DNA of 64,000 bases from an uncultured Bdellovibrionales bacterium (GCA_964612065.1 CAZTCD010000006.1:172-64171); one strand, 5' to 3'. Positions 8,781 through 18,532 are shown, counted from the first letter of the stretch. Program-made: numbers and translations. Notes: generated by a model from the letters alone, not told the origin.

Positions 8781-9545
8781 ATGCGTCTCGCCCTGGTTTC
8801 CCTAGCTGCTCTTCTTCTTGTTGCCTGTGGCGGTGAGCGTGAACCCGTGCAACGCACTCCCTATTCCTACGCTGGAAATGGAGGGGAGTGGGAGAGCCAC
8901 GCGGTTCCCGGAGCTCCCGAGCAAATAAAACCTGTTTTTAGTGCCCATCCGCGGCCTGCGGTAGAGGGCGCGGCCCAGCTGTCCCCTACGGTTTACTACG
9001 TGCCCAAGATCGATGCGGGGGCCGCCCGCGCGTCAGGATGCCCGCTCCAGGATCTTGGAGACGGCTGGAGCATTTGCGGTTCCGCTTTTGAAGACTGCCT
9101 GCTTCAGGGCTCCTGCTTTGTGGGGCTGGGCAATGGCTGGCGCTATTTTGCCCGGGCCAGGGCCGAGCGCAAACTCGTGGAGCGGAGGGGCCTCCGCTGC
9201 CGCTTTGGCGCTGGTGCCTATGCCTGCCTTTCGCCTTATGTGAGCGTGGCGGCTGATCCGGCCTTCCACCAGTCGGGCGACGTGATCTATGTGCCGGAGC
9301 TCGACGGTAGAAGCGTGCCCTACCTGGGGCGCCACGATGGTTTTCTGGTGGTGCACGATAAGGGAGGGGCGATCAAGGGCCCTCATCGTTTCGATTTCTT
9401 CGCCGGCCATCAGGGCCTGCGCGATCCTAACAACGCCCTCGTGAAGTGGGGCTTCGGGGATAAGAATCGCCTGCGGCAGTATGTGAAGCTGGGCCGTGAG
9501 GAGGCGGAGGCGGTGAGGCGGGAGAAGGGCATTCGTCGGCGCTGA
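8781..9545 (+). CDS. lipoprotein with C-terminal 3D (MltA-like) domain
   Basis: Lipobox LLVACGG. C-terminal GDVIYVPELDG...HDGFLVVHDKGGAIKGPHRFDFFAG matches the three-Asp 3D-domain pattern. Confidence 0.45.
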   Translation: MRLALVSLAALLLVACGGEREPVQRTPYSYAGNGGEWESHAVPGAPEQIKPVFSAHPRPAVEGAAQLSPTVYYVPKIDAGAARASGCPLQDLGDGWSICGSAFEDCLLQGSCFVGLGNGWRYFARARAERKLVERRGLRCRFGAGAYACLSPYVSVAADPAFHQSGDVIYVPELDGRSVPYLGRHDGFLVVHDKGGAIKGPHRFDFFAGHQGLRDPNNALVKWGFGDKNRLRQYVKLGREEAEAVRREKGIRRR

Positions 9546-9550
9546 AATGA

Positions 9551-9580
9551 AAAAGCCGGGCGAACATACCCGGCATTTTC
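9551..9580. terminator. bidirectional rho-independent terminator between convergent genes
   Basis: aaaaGCCGGGcgaacataCCCGGCattttc, with a 6-bp GC stem, an 8-nt loop, and an A-run before and T-run after. Confidence 0.5.
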
Positions 9581-9602
9581 AAGATAGCTGCTGCTGAAGG
9601 AA

Positions 9603-9983
9603 TTACTCGCAGCGATAAGATCCGTAGCCCTCGTTATCTACAACGGTGGCCCATTCGAATTTATTCTGGATGTAGGCACCTTGAACGGGAGCATTCTGTG
9701 CCACCACATTGTACTCGTTATAGTCCTCGTCGCCGGATCCTGCGGTTTTGAGCTCAAGAGTGATGGGCTCCGCCATCGGATTGAGAGGGCGAACGATAAT
9801 GGCGTATTTCGAGTCCCATTTTCCGCTTCGGTTCTTGAAGGCAGTCTTCTGCACTTGGAATCGGGGTGCGCCGATGGGCTGAGGGCTGCTCATGTCCCAT
9901 TTGCAGTCGAGGGTCCACTGCAGGGGGCGGGCGTCGGCGATAGTGGGGGAAGCGAGCAGGCTCGCAAGGATCACGGGAAGCAT
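9603..9983 (-). CDS. hypothetical secreted protein
   Basis: 126 aa with an N-terminal signal peptide and no recognisable domain. Confidence 0.35.
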   Translation of the reverse strand: MLPVILASLLASPTIADARPLQWTLDCKWDMSSPQPIGAPRFQVQKTAFKNRSGKWDSKYAIIVRPLNPMAEPITLELKTAGSGDEDYNEYNVVAQNAPVQGAYIQNKFEWATVVDNEGYGSYRCE

Positions 9984-10090
9984 AGGGTCTCTCCTTTAAA
10001 ACAGGGTTAGTTTAGGTGGGAGAGGTATAGCTTGGTTGATTTAAATGGTCAATGTTTGTTGGGTTAGGTTTTCCTGGGTTTTGGCAAAAC

Positions 10091-10125
10091 AAAAACCCGA
10101 GGGCTTTCGCGCTCGGGTTTTTGGT
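10091..10125. terminator. rho-independent terminator downstream of the RRM-protein gene
   Basis: aaaaaCCCGAGggctttcgcgCTCGGGtttttggttt, a stem flanked by an A-run and T-run, so it can work in both directions. Confidence 0.6.
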
Positions 10126-10136
10126 TTATTAAGCGG

Positions 10137-10236
10137 TCGCGCTTACCAGCGTGCTGCTGGTTGGGCGCGCTTACCAGCGTGCTGCTGGTTGGTCGCGCTT
10201 ACCAGCGTGCTGCTGGTTGGTCGCGCTTACCAGCGC
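10137..10236. repeat. 28-bp direct tandem repeat (about 3.6 copies) overlapping the 3' end of the RRM-protein gene
   Basis: The unit tcgcgcttaccagcgtgctgctggttgg occurs at 10137-10164, 10165-10192 and 10193-10220, with a partial fourth copy (10221-10236) that contains the gene's last codons and TAA stop. Confidence 0.8.
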
Positions 10237-10592
10237 TCCCTACCACCGCCGCCACGGCCGCCGCGATCACCACGGCCGCCACCGCCGCCGTAACCACCGC
10301 CACCGCCGCCGTAGCCGCCGCCACCGCCGCGGGACTCACGAGGAGCCTGAGGGCGAGCTTCGCTTACATTGAGGGGACGACCGTCCATCACCTGGTTGTT
10401 CAGCTTTTCGATTGCTGCTTCGGCTTCAGCATCAGTGCTCATTTCCACGAATCCAAAGCCTTTGCTGCGGCCGGAATCGCGATCCATGATCACCTTTGCG
10501 GATTCAACGGTTCCACACTGGGAAAAGTGCGCCTGAAGCGCGCTGTCCGTTGCCGAATACGGGAGGTTACCTACATACAGTTTCTTGCCCAC
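10227..10592 (-). CDS. glycine-rich RNA-binding protein (single RRM domain)
   Basis: RNP2 LYVGNL and RNP1 KGFGFVEM are present, followed by a C-terminal GGGGYGGGGGGYGGGGGRGDRGGRGGGG tail. Confidence 0.85.
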   Translation of the reverse strand: MGKKLYVGNLPYSATDSALQAHFSQCGTVESAKVIMDRDSGRSKGFGFVEMSTDAEAEAAIEKLNNQVMDGRPLNVSEARPQAPRESRGGGGGYGGGGGGYGGGGGRGDRGGRGGGGRERW

Positions 10593-10903
10593 GATTGTCT
10601 CCTAGAGGCGAAGGTCCCTTCGCAGGAGTATCAGGACGAGCTGTAGTCTCAGAAGTCTCATTGCGAACGGTATCTCTTAACCAATTACTTACATTGCTTA
10701 CGTTTCAATTCGATGTGGGGGAAAATCGAGTGAGGATTTCTCCCCCTCTCAAATCTCTCACACCAAGATAAATCGTATACCACTGCGCTGCGCTATACTA
10801 TAGCAAAAATTGGGCGTTTCCATAGGGAGACGCATCACAGGCCACCGGATCACACAGAAGTTTTTACAGGGGAAAATGTAGCGTCAATGGGTAAGATCCT
10901 GGA

Positions 10904-12574
10904 ATGCAAACCGACTTTTTCCAAAATGGCCCGGAACTCACCAACCAGTACCAGTCCGACGCTACTCTGCAGCAATACCTCCAGCAGAGGTTACCTGCTG
11001 ATTATTGTCGCCAGGCGGAACCGGAGCTGGACCGGATGGGGGAGCGCGCCGCAACCGACCTTCTCGCCGCCAGCGTGAACGCGGAAAACGTGGACCCCGT
11101 GCACACCCCCTTTGATCCCTGGGGCCGCCGCATCGATGAAATCACCATGAGCCCGGGCTGGAACCATATCGCCCGCGTGGCCGCCGAAGAGGGAGTGGTG
11201 GCCACCGGCTACGAGCGAAAGTTCGGCATCCACTCCCGGCTGGTGCAGTTTGCTAAACTATATTTATTTCATCCCTCCTCCGCTTTTGTTTCTTGCCCGC
11301 TGGCGATGAGCGATGGCGCCGCCCGTGCGATCGAGCTCTATGGCGACGAAGAGATGAAGAAAGGCCCCTTTCAGAAACTCATCTCCCGGGATCCTCATGG
11401 TTTCTGGACCAGCGGCCAGTGGATGACGGAAAAAACGGGTGGCTCGGATGTGAGCGGAACTTCGACCGTGGCACGCAAGAGCGATCGAGAGGGATGGTAT
11501 GAGCTGAGCGGCGTGAAGTGGTTCACCTCCGCCACCACCTCTCAGATGAGCATGGCTCTCGCGCGCATCGAAGGGCACGCCGAAGGCTCACGCGGCCTCA
11601 GCCTGTTTTACATCCCCGTGCGCGGCGAAAACGGCCAGCTGCAGAAGATCGAAGTGATGCGCCTGAAGGACAAGCTCGGCACCCGTGCCATGCCTACCGC
11701 AGAGCTCAGGCTGAACGGCACGCCCGCCAAGCTGGTAGGGGGCGAGGGGCATGGAGTGAAGAAGATCGCCTCTCTCTTCAACATCACCCGGATGTATAAC
11801 GCTGTTTGTGCACTCGGCGCCTCCCGCAGGGCTTTGGCGCTGGCTTTGGATTATGCGGGCAAACGCAGTGCCTTTGGCCGGATGATTTCGGAGCAACCCC
11901 TTCATGCCGAAACTCTCGCGGAACTCGTGGTGGAGTTCGAAGGCAATTTCGTGCTCACCTTTCATCTCGCCGAGCTTCTGGGCCGAGATGAGCTGGGCCA
12001 AGCCTCTCCGGAAGAGGGTGCCATGCTTCGGATGCTCACTCCCATTGCCAAGCTTTATACGGCGAAGAGCTGCATGGCGATCACCAGCGAGTGCGTGGAA
12101 GCGATCGGGGGCGCCGGTTATATCGAGGATACGGGAATACCAGCTCTTCACCGGAACGCTCAGGTGTTTTCCATCTGGGAAGGAACCACCAATGTGCTTT
12201 CCCTCGATGTGATTCGCGCGATCGAGAAAGAGGGGGCGTTCAAGCCCTTTGTGGAAGGGATTCTCAAGCGCCTTGCGGATTCGAAAAACGCTGCTCTTCA
12301 GGGTGAAGTGGTTCAGGTGAAGGCAGCGTGCTCCGCCCTGCAGGCCTTTCTCCAGAAGGCGATGGGAGAGGGGCCGGAATTCGTGCAGGCTTCGGCCCGG
12401 CAGTTCGCCTATTCCCTTGCCCGCACCTGTGTGGCTTCGCTCCTGATCGAGCGGGCTCAAGCGGGTGATGCCCGCAGCATCGAGGTGGCGAAGCGCTGGT
12501 GCAGAAACGGGGTTGGCGCACCGGAGGGCGCGAACGAGGCATGGCGCAAGGGCAGCCGTTCGCTCATCAGATAG
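10904..12574 (+). CDS. AidB-like acyl-CoA dehydrogenase family protein
   Basis: 556 aa, ACAD N/middle/C domains, FAD and substrate motifs (TGGSDV, GGAGY..D). Confidence 0.7.
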   Translation: MQTDFFQNGPELTNQYQSDATLQQYLQQRLPADYCRQAEPELDRMGERAATDLLAASVNAENVDPVHTPFDPWGRRIDEITMSPGWNHIARVAAEEGVVATGYERKFGIHSRLVQFAKLYLFHPSSAFVSCPLAMSDGAARAIELYGDEEMKKGPFQKLISRDPHGFWTSGQWMTEKTGGSDVSGTSTVARKSDREGWYELSGVKWFTSATTSQMSMALARIEGHAEGSRGLSLFYIPVRGENGQLQKIEVMRLKDKLGTRAMPTAELRLNGTPAKLVGGEGHGVKKIASLFNITRMYNAVCALGASRRALALALDYAGKRSAFGRMISEQPLHAETLAELVVEFEGNFVLTFHLAELLGRDELGQASPEEGAMLRMLTPIAKLYTAKSCMAITSECVEAIGGAGYIEDTGIPALHRNAQVFSIWEGTTNVLSLDVIRAIEKEGAFKPFVEGILKRLADSKNAALQGEVVQVKAACSALQAFLQKAMGEGPEFVQASARQFAYSLARTCVASLLIERAQAGDARSIEVAKRWCRNGVGAPEGANEAWRKGSRSLIR

Positions 12575-12584
12575 GAAACAGAAG

Positions 12585-13463
12585 ATGAAGGCATCGATTT
12601 TTCTCAGTGTACTCCTCCTCGCCACCAGCTGCGCTTCCGTGAAACGGGAGGCTAAGGAGAAGCTCCCGGCCGGCCTGAAACGCGTTCTGATCCATCGCTC
12701 CCACGACTCCTCCCGGCAACTCGAGCTTTACTGGGTGGAACCGAAAATCTCCAAACCCTGGCCGGCTGTGCTTTATCTCCACGGGATCACCGAGGGGGAA
12801 GTGCAGGGCGGAAGGGTGTTCCATGCCTGGGGGGCCTTGCAGAAAGCCGCAGCCCAGGGCTACCTCGCCTCGGCTGTTTCCTTGCCGGGCTACGGAGGAA
12901 GCAGCGGCCCGCGCGATTTCATGGGGCCCGATTCCCAGGAGGCGGTGGCGGATGCGATTCGCTACCTTCGCCGCAAACCGGAAGTGAAGCAGGACAAAGT
13001 GGCTCTCGTAGGAATCAGCCACGGAGCTTCACTTGCTGCGAAGGTGGGGGAACAGGTGGCTGGATTGGCGGGCGTTGTATTGATTTCCGGGATTTACGAT
13101 CTTGGGGAGATGTATCTTCGCTGGAAAGGCGAGAAGGGGCCGGAGTACCGAGCCCTGGTGGAGAAGCTGGAGCTTGAAACCAATGTAAGCGCTGCCGGCT
13201 TGAACGCGCAGGTGGTACGGGAGCGATCGGTGCTTCCAGATCCTCAGATCCGAGCTCCCACACTGATTTTTCAAGGGGGGCGTGATTGGATCACCTCCGC
13301 TTCTCAAGCCGTAAATCTTGCCGATAAGCTCAAGGCGAAGGGCGTGGAGGCCAGGGCCGTTGTCTACCCCGAAGATGCCCACAATATTCCGGTGGGAGCG
13401 AGGGAGAGCGAGATCGATCCCTTTCTGAGCCACGTACTGGTGGAGCAGCCGCAGGAAGACTGA
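12585..13463 (+). CDS. alpha/beta hydrolase lipoprotein (dienelactone hydrolase / S9 peptidase-like)
   Basis: Signal/lipobox MKASIFLSVLLLATSCAS. GISHGASLAA reads as a nucleophile elbow, with a C-terminal Asp/His region. Confidence 0.55.
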   Translation: MKASIFLSVLLLATSCASVKREAKEKLPAGLKRVLIHRSHDSSRQLELYWVEPKISKPWPAVLYLHGITEGEVQGGRVFHAWGALQKAAAQGYLASAVSLPGYGGSSGPRDFMGPDSQEAVADAIRYLRRKPEVKQDKVALVGISHGASLAAKVGEQVAGLAGVVLISGIYDLGEMYLRWKGEKGPEYRALVEKLELETNVSAAGLNAQVVRERSVLPDPQIRAPTLIFQGGRDWITSASQAVNLADKLKAKGVEARAVVYPEDAHNIPVGARESEIDPFLSHVLVEQPQED

Positions 13464-13556
13464 AACAGTTCGTTATCCGGTTTCAGCTATATACCTGGTA
13501 GCGCCAAGGCACTATTTCCATTCAGAGATGCCGGTTCCCCACCGATAAACATAGGA

Positions 13557-14522
13557 ATGAGTTCCGCCGCGAACAAAATTTCTTCTCCCGCTCCCTCGCG
13601 TGAGCGCCTGATCGCTTTGCGCACTTGGCTGCGCGGAAGAGTGCTCGGGCAAGAGGAGGCCGTGGAGAGCGCCCTGCTGGCTCTTCTCGCCAACGGCCAT
13701 CTTCTCCTGGAAGGCCCTCCCGGCGTGGGCAAAACCTCGCTCGCCCAGAGCATTGCCTCTCTTTTTCAAGGAAGCTTCCGCCGCATCCAGATGACCAGCG
13801 ATCTTCTTCCCAGTGATGTGGTGGGCACCCTTCGTCCCCGCCCTTCCACTTCGGAATTTGAATTCCGCCCCGGCCCGATTTTCTGCCACGTGCTCCTGGC
13901 CGACGAGCTCAACCGCACCAGCGCGAAAACCCAAGCGGCCTTGCTCGAAGCGATGGCCGAAGGCCGGGTAACCGTGGATGGCACCACCTACGATCTTCCC
14001 GATCCTTTTCTCGTGGTAGCCACGCAAAACCCCCAGGAGTACCACGGTGTTTATCCGCTGGCCGAGAGCCAGCTCGATCGGTTCATGCTGCAGGTAACAC
14101 TGGGCTTGCCGGAGCCCGCCGCGGAACTCAAAGTTTACCAGCAATACGCCGCCTCCGAAAAAGCGGTGCAGGTGATGGCCAATCCCCTGAGCCCCGAAGA
14201 GCTTCTTGAATTCCGCTCTCAGGCTAAATCTGTTTTCGTGGAAGAAAGCGTGCTCCGCTATGTGCAGGAGATCGCCCAGGAACTGCGCAAGGTGGAAGAT
14301 GTGGTGCACGGGGCTTCCGTGCGCTCCGTGCTCCAGCTGATAGATGCATCCAAGGCGAAGGCCTTCCTGGAAGGCCGGGATTTTGTGTTGCCCGCCGACG
14401 TGGCCGGCCTGGCTCCCGGAGTGCTGGCTCACCGCCTCTGTTTCCGCGCCGGTGAATTTTCTTCATTGCAGCGGAAGGAGATCGTTCGGCATGCGATCGA
14501 TCGGGTGGACGCTCCGAAGTAA
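13557..14522 (+). CDS. MoxR-family AAA+ ATPase
   Basis: Walker A GPPGVGKT, Walker B DELNR and the typical MoxR length. Confidence 0.85.
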   Translation: MSSAANKISSPAPSRERLIALRTWLRGRVLGQEEAVESALLALLANGHLLLEGPPGVGKTSLAQSIASLFQGSFRRIQMTSDLLPSDVVGTLRPRPSTSEFEFRPGPIFCHVLLADELNRTSAKTQAALLEAMAEGRVTVDGTTYDLPDPFLVVATQNPQEYHGVYPLAESQLDRFMLQVTLGLPEPAAELKVYQQYAASEKAVQVMANPLSPEELLEFRSQAKSVFVEESVLRYVQEIAQELRKVEDVVHGASVRSVLQLIDASKAKAFLEGRDFVLPADVAGLAPGVLAHRLCFRAGEFSSLQRKEIVRHAIDRVDAPK

Positions 14523-15372
14523 GAACCGCCTCCTCGAGCTGTCCGTGGGCGGGCGCTGGTATCTCGCCTTCACCGTTTCGCTCGGCGTGATGGCCATTTA
14601 CTCCGGAAACAACGTTATCTATCTGCTTGAGAGCCTTTTGCTGAGCGCCCTTCTGCTCTCCGGCACCCTTTCGGAGATCACCCTTTCCCGCCTGTCGGTG
14701 CGCAGAGTGGAAGATTATATCCATGCCGGCAGCCCGGGCGAAGACGTTTTCATCGTGGAAAATCTCGGGAGTTTTCCGCTCTACTGCATCGAGCTCGGCG
14801 AGTACCGGGAAAACGAGCGCGAGTTCACCGCCTTCCTTCTCATGCTTCCGGGGAGATCCCGCGTGCGGGTTCGGTCCCGCCAGTTGATCCGCACCAGAGG
14901 GCGGCACCGGTGGAGCGGACTGCTGGCAGCCACCAGCTTTCCCTTCGGCTTTGCGCGAAAGATCCGCTTCATTCCTCACTCAGGCAGCCGCATCGTATGG
15001 CCGGCCCGCCTGGAAGAAAAGAATGCGCGCCCACGGGAATACGCTGCCAAGCGGGGCGAAATCGAGGTTTCCACCGGAGAGCTCAGCCAGGTGGAGCCCT
15101 GGCAGGACGCAAGCCGGGTTCATTGGCCTTCTTCCGTTCGCCTGGGAGAGCTCATGGCTCGGCCACTTCGCTGGATAGAGCCTAGAGACGAGGTGAAGCT
15201 TCAGCTGCGGGATCCCGGCCCTGAGATGGAGCGCCAGATCAGCATGGCCGCCGGTGCTCTCACCCAGCGCGCCGATACCCTGGTGCTCCTGAACAAAGGT
15301 GAGCCGCAGGTGATCCGAGGCGCGAGGCGGGGCCTCGATGCGCTGGCCCTTCTTCCCAAGGAGAGTGCGTGA
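14491..15372 (+). CDS. DUF58 family protein (MoxR partner)
   Basis: Position between MoxR and a transglutaminase, with an N-terminal TM. The internal ATG at 14491 overlaps the MoxR stop. Confidence 0.55.
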   Translation: MRSIGWTLRSKNRLLELSVGGRWYLAFTVSLGVMAIYSGNNVIYLLESLLLSALLLSGTLSEITLSRLSVRRVEDYIHAGSPGEDVFIVENLGSFPLYCIELGEYRENEREFTAFLLMLPGRSRVRVRSRQLIRTRGRHRWSGLLAATSFPFGFARKIRFIPHSGSRIVWPARLEEKNARPREYAAKRGEIEVSTGELSQVEPWQDASRVHWPSSVRLGELMARPLRWIEPRDEVKLQLRDPGPEMERQISMAAGALTQRADTLVLLNKGEPQVIRGARRGLDALALLPKESA

Positions 15373-17255
15373 AGCTGAAGCTGTCTATTTCGCGCACTGG
15401 CTCTGTTACGGCACTCGCGTGTGAGTTCATTGGATTCTCCGCGCTTTGGCTCGCTCCCGATGTGGAGAAGGCCCTCTTTCTGGCGCCTGTATTGGCGGGC
15501 CTGCTTGCGCTCGGGTTCGGCTTCCGTCTTCGTGATTTTTTCCTGCTCCCGCTTCTCGCTGCTATCGTGGTGGGCGGGTACGCGGTTGCTGGAGCCGAGC
15601 CTACCGGAACCTTGCTTGCGAGAGCCATCATCCCTGCTCACGCTCTGCTCTGGCTCGCGCTCGACGAATCGCTTTACCGCTATTGGCGCATAGGTCTCGG
15701 CCTGATTGAGCTCATCCTGGCGGCGATTCTCGCTCCGGAAGCCTATATGTTCGTGCTTATCTTTTTCTTCGTGGTGCTCAGCTCGTTATCGCTTTCCGTG
15801 GCCTTCCTGGAGAGAAATTTCCGGGCCCGGGATCCCGCTTCTCTCTCCCGCCCTGTGCGCCTCTCTTTTCTGAGCGCGGTGCTCACGGTGAGCTTTCTCA
15901 TCTTCCTTTCGAGCCTGGTGATTTTCCCTATTCTTCCCCGCTCCAAGTGGGGAGGGCAGGGTGCGGGCGCCACCACGGGATATGGCGATACCGTGAACCT
16001 TCGTCAGAGCATTCTTTACTGGACCAACCAAAGCTCAAGGCCCGTGGCCTGGATTTTCCGCAAGCCGGGGCAGGATTGGGAGAAAGTGGTTCCGTTTTTC
16101 CTTCTGCGCGGACAAGTGCTCGAAGGGTTCAGGCGCGATGTTTGGCGTTCCGAGGAGAAATTTCCCTCTGCGATCCAGCGCGCCGGCAAAGAAACGGTGG
16201 AGATATTGAGGCAGCCGCTCCCTGCCGATGTGCTTCCTGTTCCTTACGGAGCCGGCCAGCTGAGAGGGGAAAGGAGCCTTGGTGCTGTACGCTACGAAGG
16301 GGGAGAGTGGCATGCCGATGGAAGCCGCTCCCGGAGAGTGAGATATGAAGTGGAGATCGATTCGTTCTCGCGGCGGAGTCTCGGGAACGGCCCCGAGTCA
16401 GGGAATTCGCCCAGCCTCCATCTTCCGGGAAGATCCCTTCGTGAGCTGAAGCAGCTTGCCAGCCGAATCTCTCAAGGCGCTTCCTCGGACGAGGAAAAGC
16501 TGGAGCGGCTGCGTTCCTGGTTCCAGCAGGCGGGCTTCCAATACCAGCTTTCGAGCATGCAAGGCGCGGAAACGGGCCGGCACCCCGTGGAGCAGTTTCT
16601 TTTTGAAACCAAAAAAGGCCACTGCGAGCTTTTCGCCAGCTCCCTTGCGCTTCTGGCGCGTGGGATGGGATTGCCCTCACGCCTGGTGGTGGGATTCCGC
16701 GTGCGCCCTCCCTCCCGGGGAGATGTGCTTACGGTACACAGCTCCGATGCTCATGCCTGGGTGGAAGTGTATACGAACCGGCGCGGCTGGATCACCATGG
16801 ATCCTACGCCGGTGGTGGTGGAGAGGGGATGGGCGGAGGAAGCCTTCGGCGAAATCTACGATGCCCTGAATGCTTACTGGGCTCTTTACATTCTGGAATA
16901 TGAATTCGATTTCGTTTTTTCCATGGATTGGCTGGTTCCGCTAGCCGGCTTTGTGAGCGCGTTGATTCTCCTGGGCGGCATTTACCTGGCTTGGCAGCGG
17001 TTCCGCCAGGGGGAGAGAGGAAGGAAGGCCCTGACTCTGCTCTTCTTGCAGTTTGAGGACGATCTGGTGCACAGAGCGGGGGTATTTCCCGAAACCGCCT
17101 ATCGCACCATTCCTGAGGCCCGGGCGTGGCTGAAGCTCTATAGTGAGCTGCGGTTCGGGCGTGACGAGCCGAATGCGAGCGAGCTTCGGTATCTTCGGTC
17201 TGAGGCCGCCTATGTGCTCGCTAAAGCCTCTTCAAGACAAGCCGTTGCCGGCTGA
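15369..17255 (+). CDS. transglutaminase-like membrane protein (TgpA-like)
   Basis: Multi-TM N-terminus and a TGc core (GHCELFAS...DAHAWVEVY...DPT) as the Cys-His-Asp triad. It starts at a GTG that overlaps the DUF58 stop. Confidence 0.75.
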   Translation: MKLKLSISRTGSVTALACEFIGFSALWLAPDVEKALFLAPVLAGLLALGFGFRLRDFFLLPLLAAIVVGGYAVAGAEPTGTLLARAIIPAHALLWLALDESLYRYWRIGLGLIELILAAILAPEAYMFVLIFFFVVLSSLSLSVAFLERNFRARDPASLSRPVRLSFLSAVLTVSFLIFLSSLVIFPILPRSKWGGQGAGATTGYGDTVNLRQSILYWTNQSSRPVAWIFRKPGQDWEKVVPFFLLRGQVLEGFRRDVWRSEEKFPSAIQRAGKETVEILRQPLPADVLPVPYGAGQLRGERSLGAVRYEGGEWHADGSRSRRVRYEVEIDSFSRRSLGNGPESGNSPSLHLPGRSLRELKQLASRISQGASSDEEKLERLRSWFQQAGFQYQLSSMQGAETGRHPVEQFLFETKKGHCELFASSLALLARGMGLPSRLVVGFRVRPPSRGDVLTVHSSDAHAWVEVYTNRRGWITMDPTPVVVERGWAEEAFGEIYDALNAYWALYILEYEFDFVFSMDWLVPLAGFVSALILLGGIYLAWQRFRQGERGRKALTLLFLQFEDDLVHRAGVFPETAYRTIPEARAWLKLYSELRFGRDEPNASELRYLRSEAAYVLAKASSRQAVAG

Positions 17256-17712
17256 AGAAGCCTGCCGGTTGCCGATCTTCAGCGACGATCTCCCAGTCTT
17301 CCGGAGAGATGTAGTGGGTGAGCTCAAGCGGTTTGCCCGCCTGGCGATTCGAGAAAAGCGGTCCCAGGAGCTTTTTCCATCCAGCTTCCGCGCGCCCTTT
17401 GCCGCTAAGCAACCACAGCCCGCCTGGGCGCAAAACGCGGCGGGCTTCCGAAGCCACCATATAGAGCTGGTCCATGCGGATGCGCTCGAGGAAATTCAAA
17501 GTAAGAGCGAGGTCACGGGAAGCATCGGGAAGCCGCAACGGTAAAGCAGGGTCATGGCTTGCCGGCGAATAGAACTCAAAGGAGCCCAGCCGGAGGAACT
17601 GGCGCAGCCAGGCTTCGTGGCTTTCCGTTCCCCATTCCACAGCCAGAAGATTCTCGTGGGCCTTCATTGGCTCGAGTTGCTGCCGGAAGCCGGAATCGAG
17701 CCAGTGTTCCAA
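17221..17712 (-). CDS. class-I SAM-methyltransferase-like protein, probably truncated (lacks motif I)
   Basis: Contains LERIRMDQLYMVASEARRVLRPGGLWLL (post-II/III MTase motifs) but has no GxGxG. It overlaps the tgpA 3' end by 35 bp. Confidence 0.25.
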   Translation of the reverse strand: MEHWLDSGFRQQLEPMKAHENLLAVEWGTESHEAWLRQFLRLGSFEFYSPASHDPALPLRLPDASRDLALTLNFLERIRMDQLYMVASEARRVLRPGGLWLLSGKGRAEAGWKKLLGPLFSNRQAGKPLELTHYISPEDWEIVAEDRQPAGFFSRQRLVLKRL

Positions 17713-17720
17713 GGGCGGGC

Positions 17721-18344
17721 TCAGGTGCTCACCACCTCGGGTGTGATCACAACAGGGCGATCAGCGGCCACGCGGCGGAAGATGGAGTAGGGGATGAGAA
17801 TCGCCAGCGGAATCGTAAGCAAAAGCCCCACGAACACCATCAAGGCTCCCGAAAAGGCCAGAAGGCCGCAAAAGATCACCATCCCGAGCACCCCGAGGAA
17901 GTTCTCGTGAGCCAGCTTCTGGCTCGCTTTCATGGCGTCCACGAAGGGTACGTTTTTCAGGATCAGATAAAGTTCTGCGAAGATCAGCACTACCACCGCG
18001 TAAATACCAGGCAGGAAGAGGAGCATGAATCCGAGCGAGATCAGAATCGATTTTGCCACACTGAGGGCCAGAAGCTGGGGGGCGATGGGCAGCAGTTTCT
18101 GAAGGCTCTCAAAAGAAAGCCGGTCTCTTCCGGTTCCGCTCTCCGCGGCGAGTATGAAGGCCGCCGGAAGGAAGGAGGAAAACAGGAAGGTGAGCAGTTG
18201 GCCGAGAACCGGCAGGTGGCCTAGCACGAAAACCAGGGCGAAATAGAGAAAGGTGAGTGAAACAAACACCTCGGGGCCTTTCATGAAGATGGCCCAAGCT
18301 TCCTTTAAGGCGTCTCCCAATCGTATTTCGTAAGATTCCTGCAT
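17721..18344 (-). CDS. integral membrane protein (hypothetical)
   Basis: About 5 TM helices. Start chosen at MQESYEIRL. Confidence 0.4.
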   Translation of the reverse strand: MQESYEIRLGDALKEAWAIFMKGPEVFVSLTFLYFALVFVLGHLPVLGQLLTFLFSSFLPAAFILAAESGTGRDRLSFESLQKLLPIAPQLLALSVAKSILISLGFMLLFLPGIYAVVVLIFAELYLILKNVPFVDAMKASQKLAHENFLGVLGMVIFCGLLAFSGALMVFVGLLLTIPLAILIPYSIFRRVAADRPVVITPEVVST

Positions 18345-18532
18345 TTCCGATCTCCCGGCGCCCGTATGGCGCCACCTGTTTTCTTTAGTCCGGAAATAAC
18401 ATGAAGGGGGCTGGAACGGAATTCGAGATCTTAGCAAAGAGCAGGGAACTAGCCTTTTTAGGCCAAGGGACACCCTCCTGAAAGCTCTTACCGGTGTAGT
18501 AGAGGGGAGAAATGGTTTAAGCTTTTTAACTG

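Noticed and set aside
10045-10646. Pro/Ala-rich plus-strand ORFs (10045..10293, 10151..10372, 10161..10646)
   Set aside because: They are the antisense reading of the GGC-rich glycine-tail codons of the RRM protein gene.
13512-14432. 306-aa minus ORF opposite MoxR
   Set aside because: It is antisense to a strongly supported AAA+ gene, and its His/Gly-rich composition looks like an artefact.
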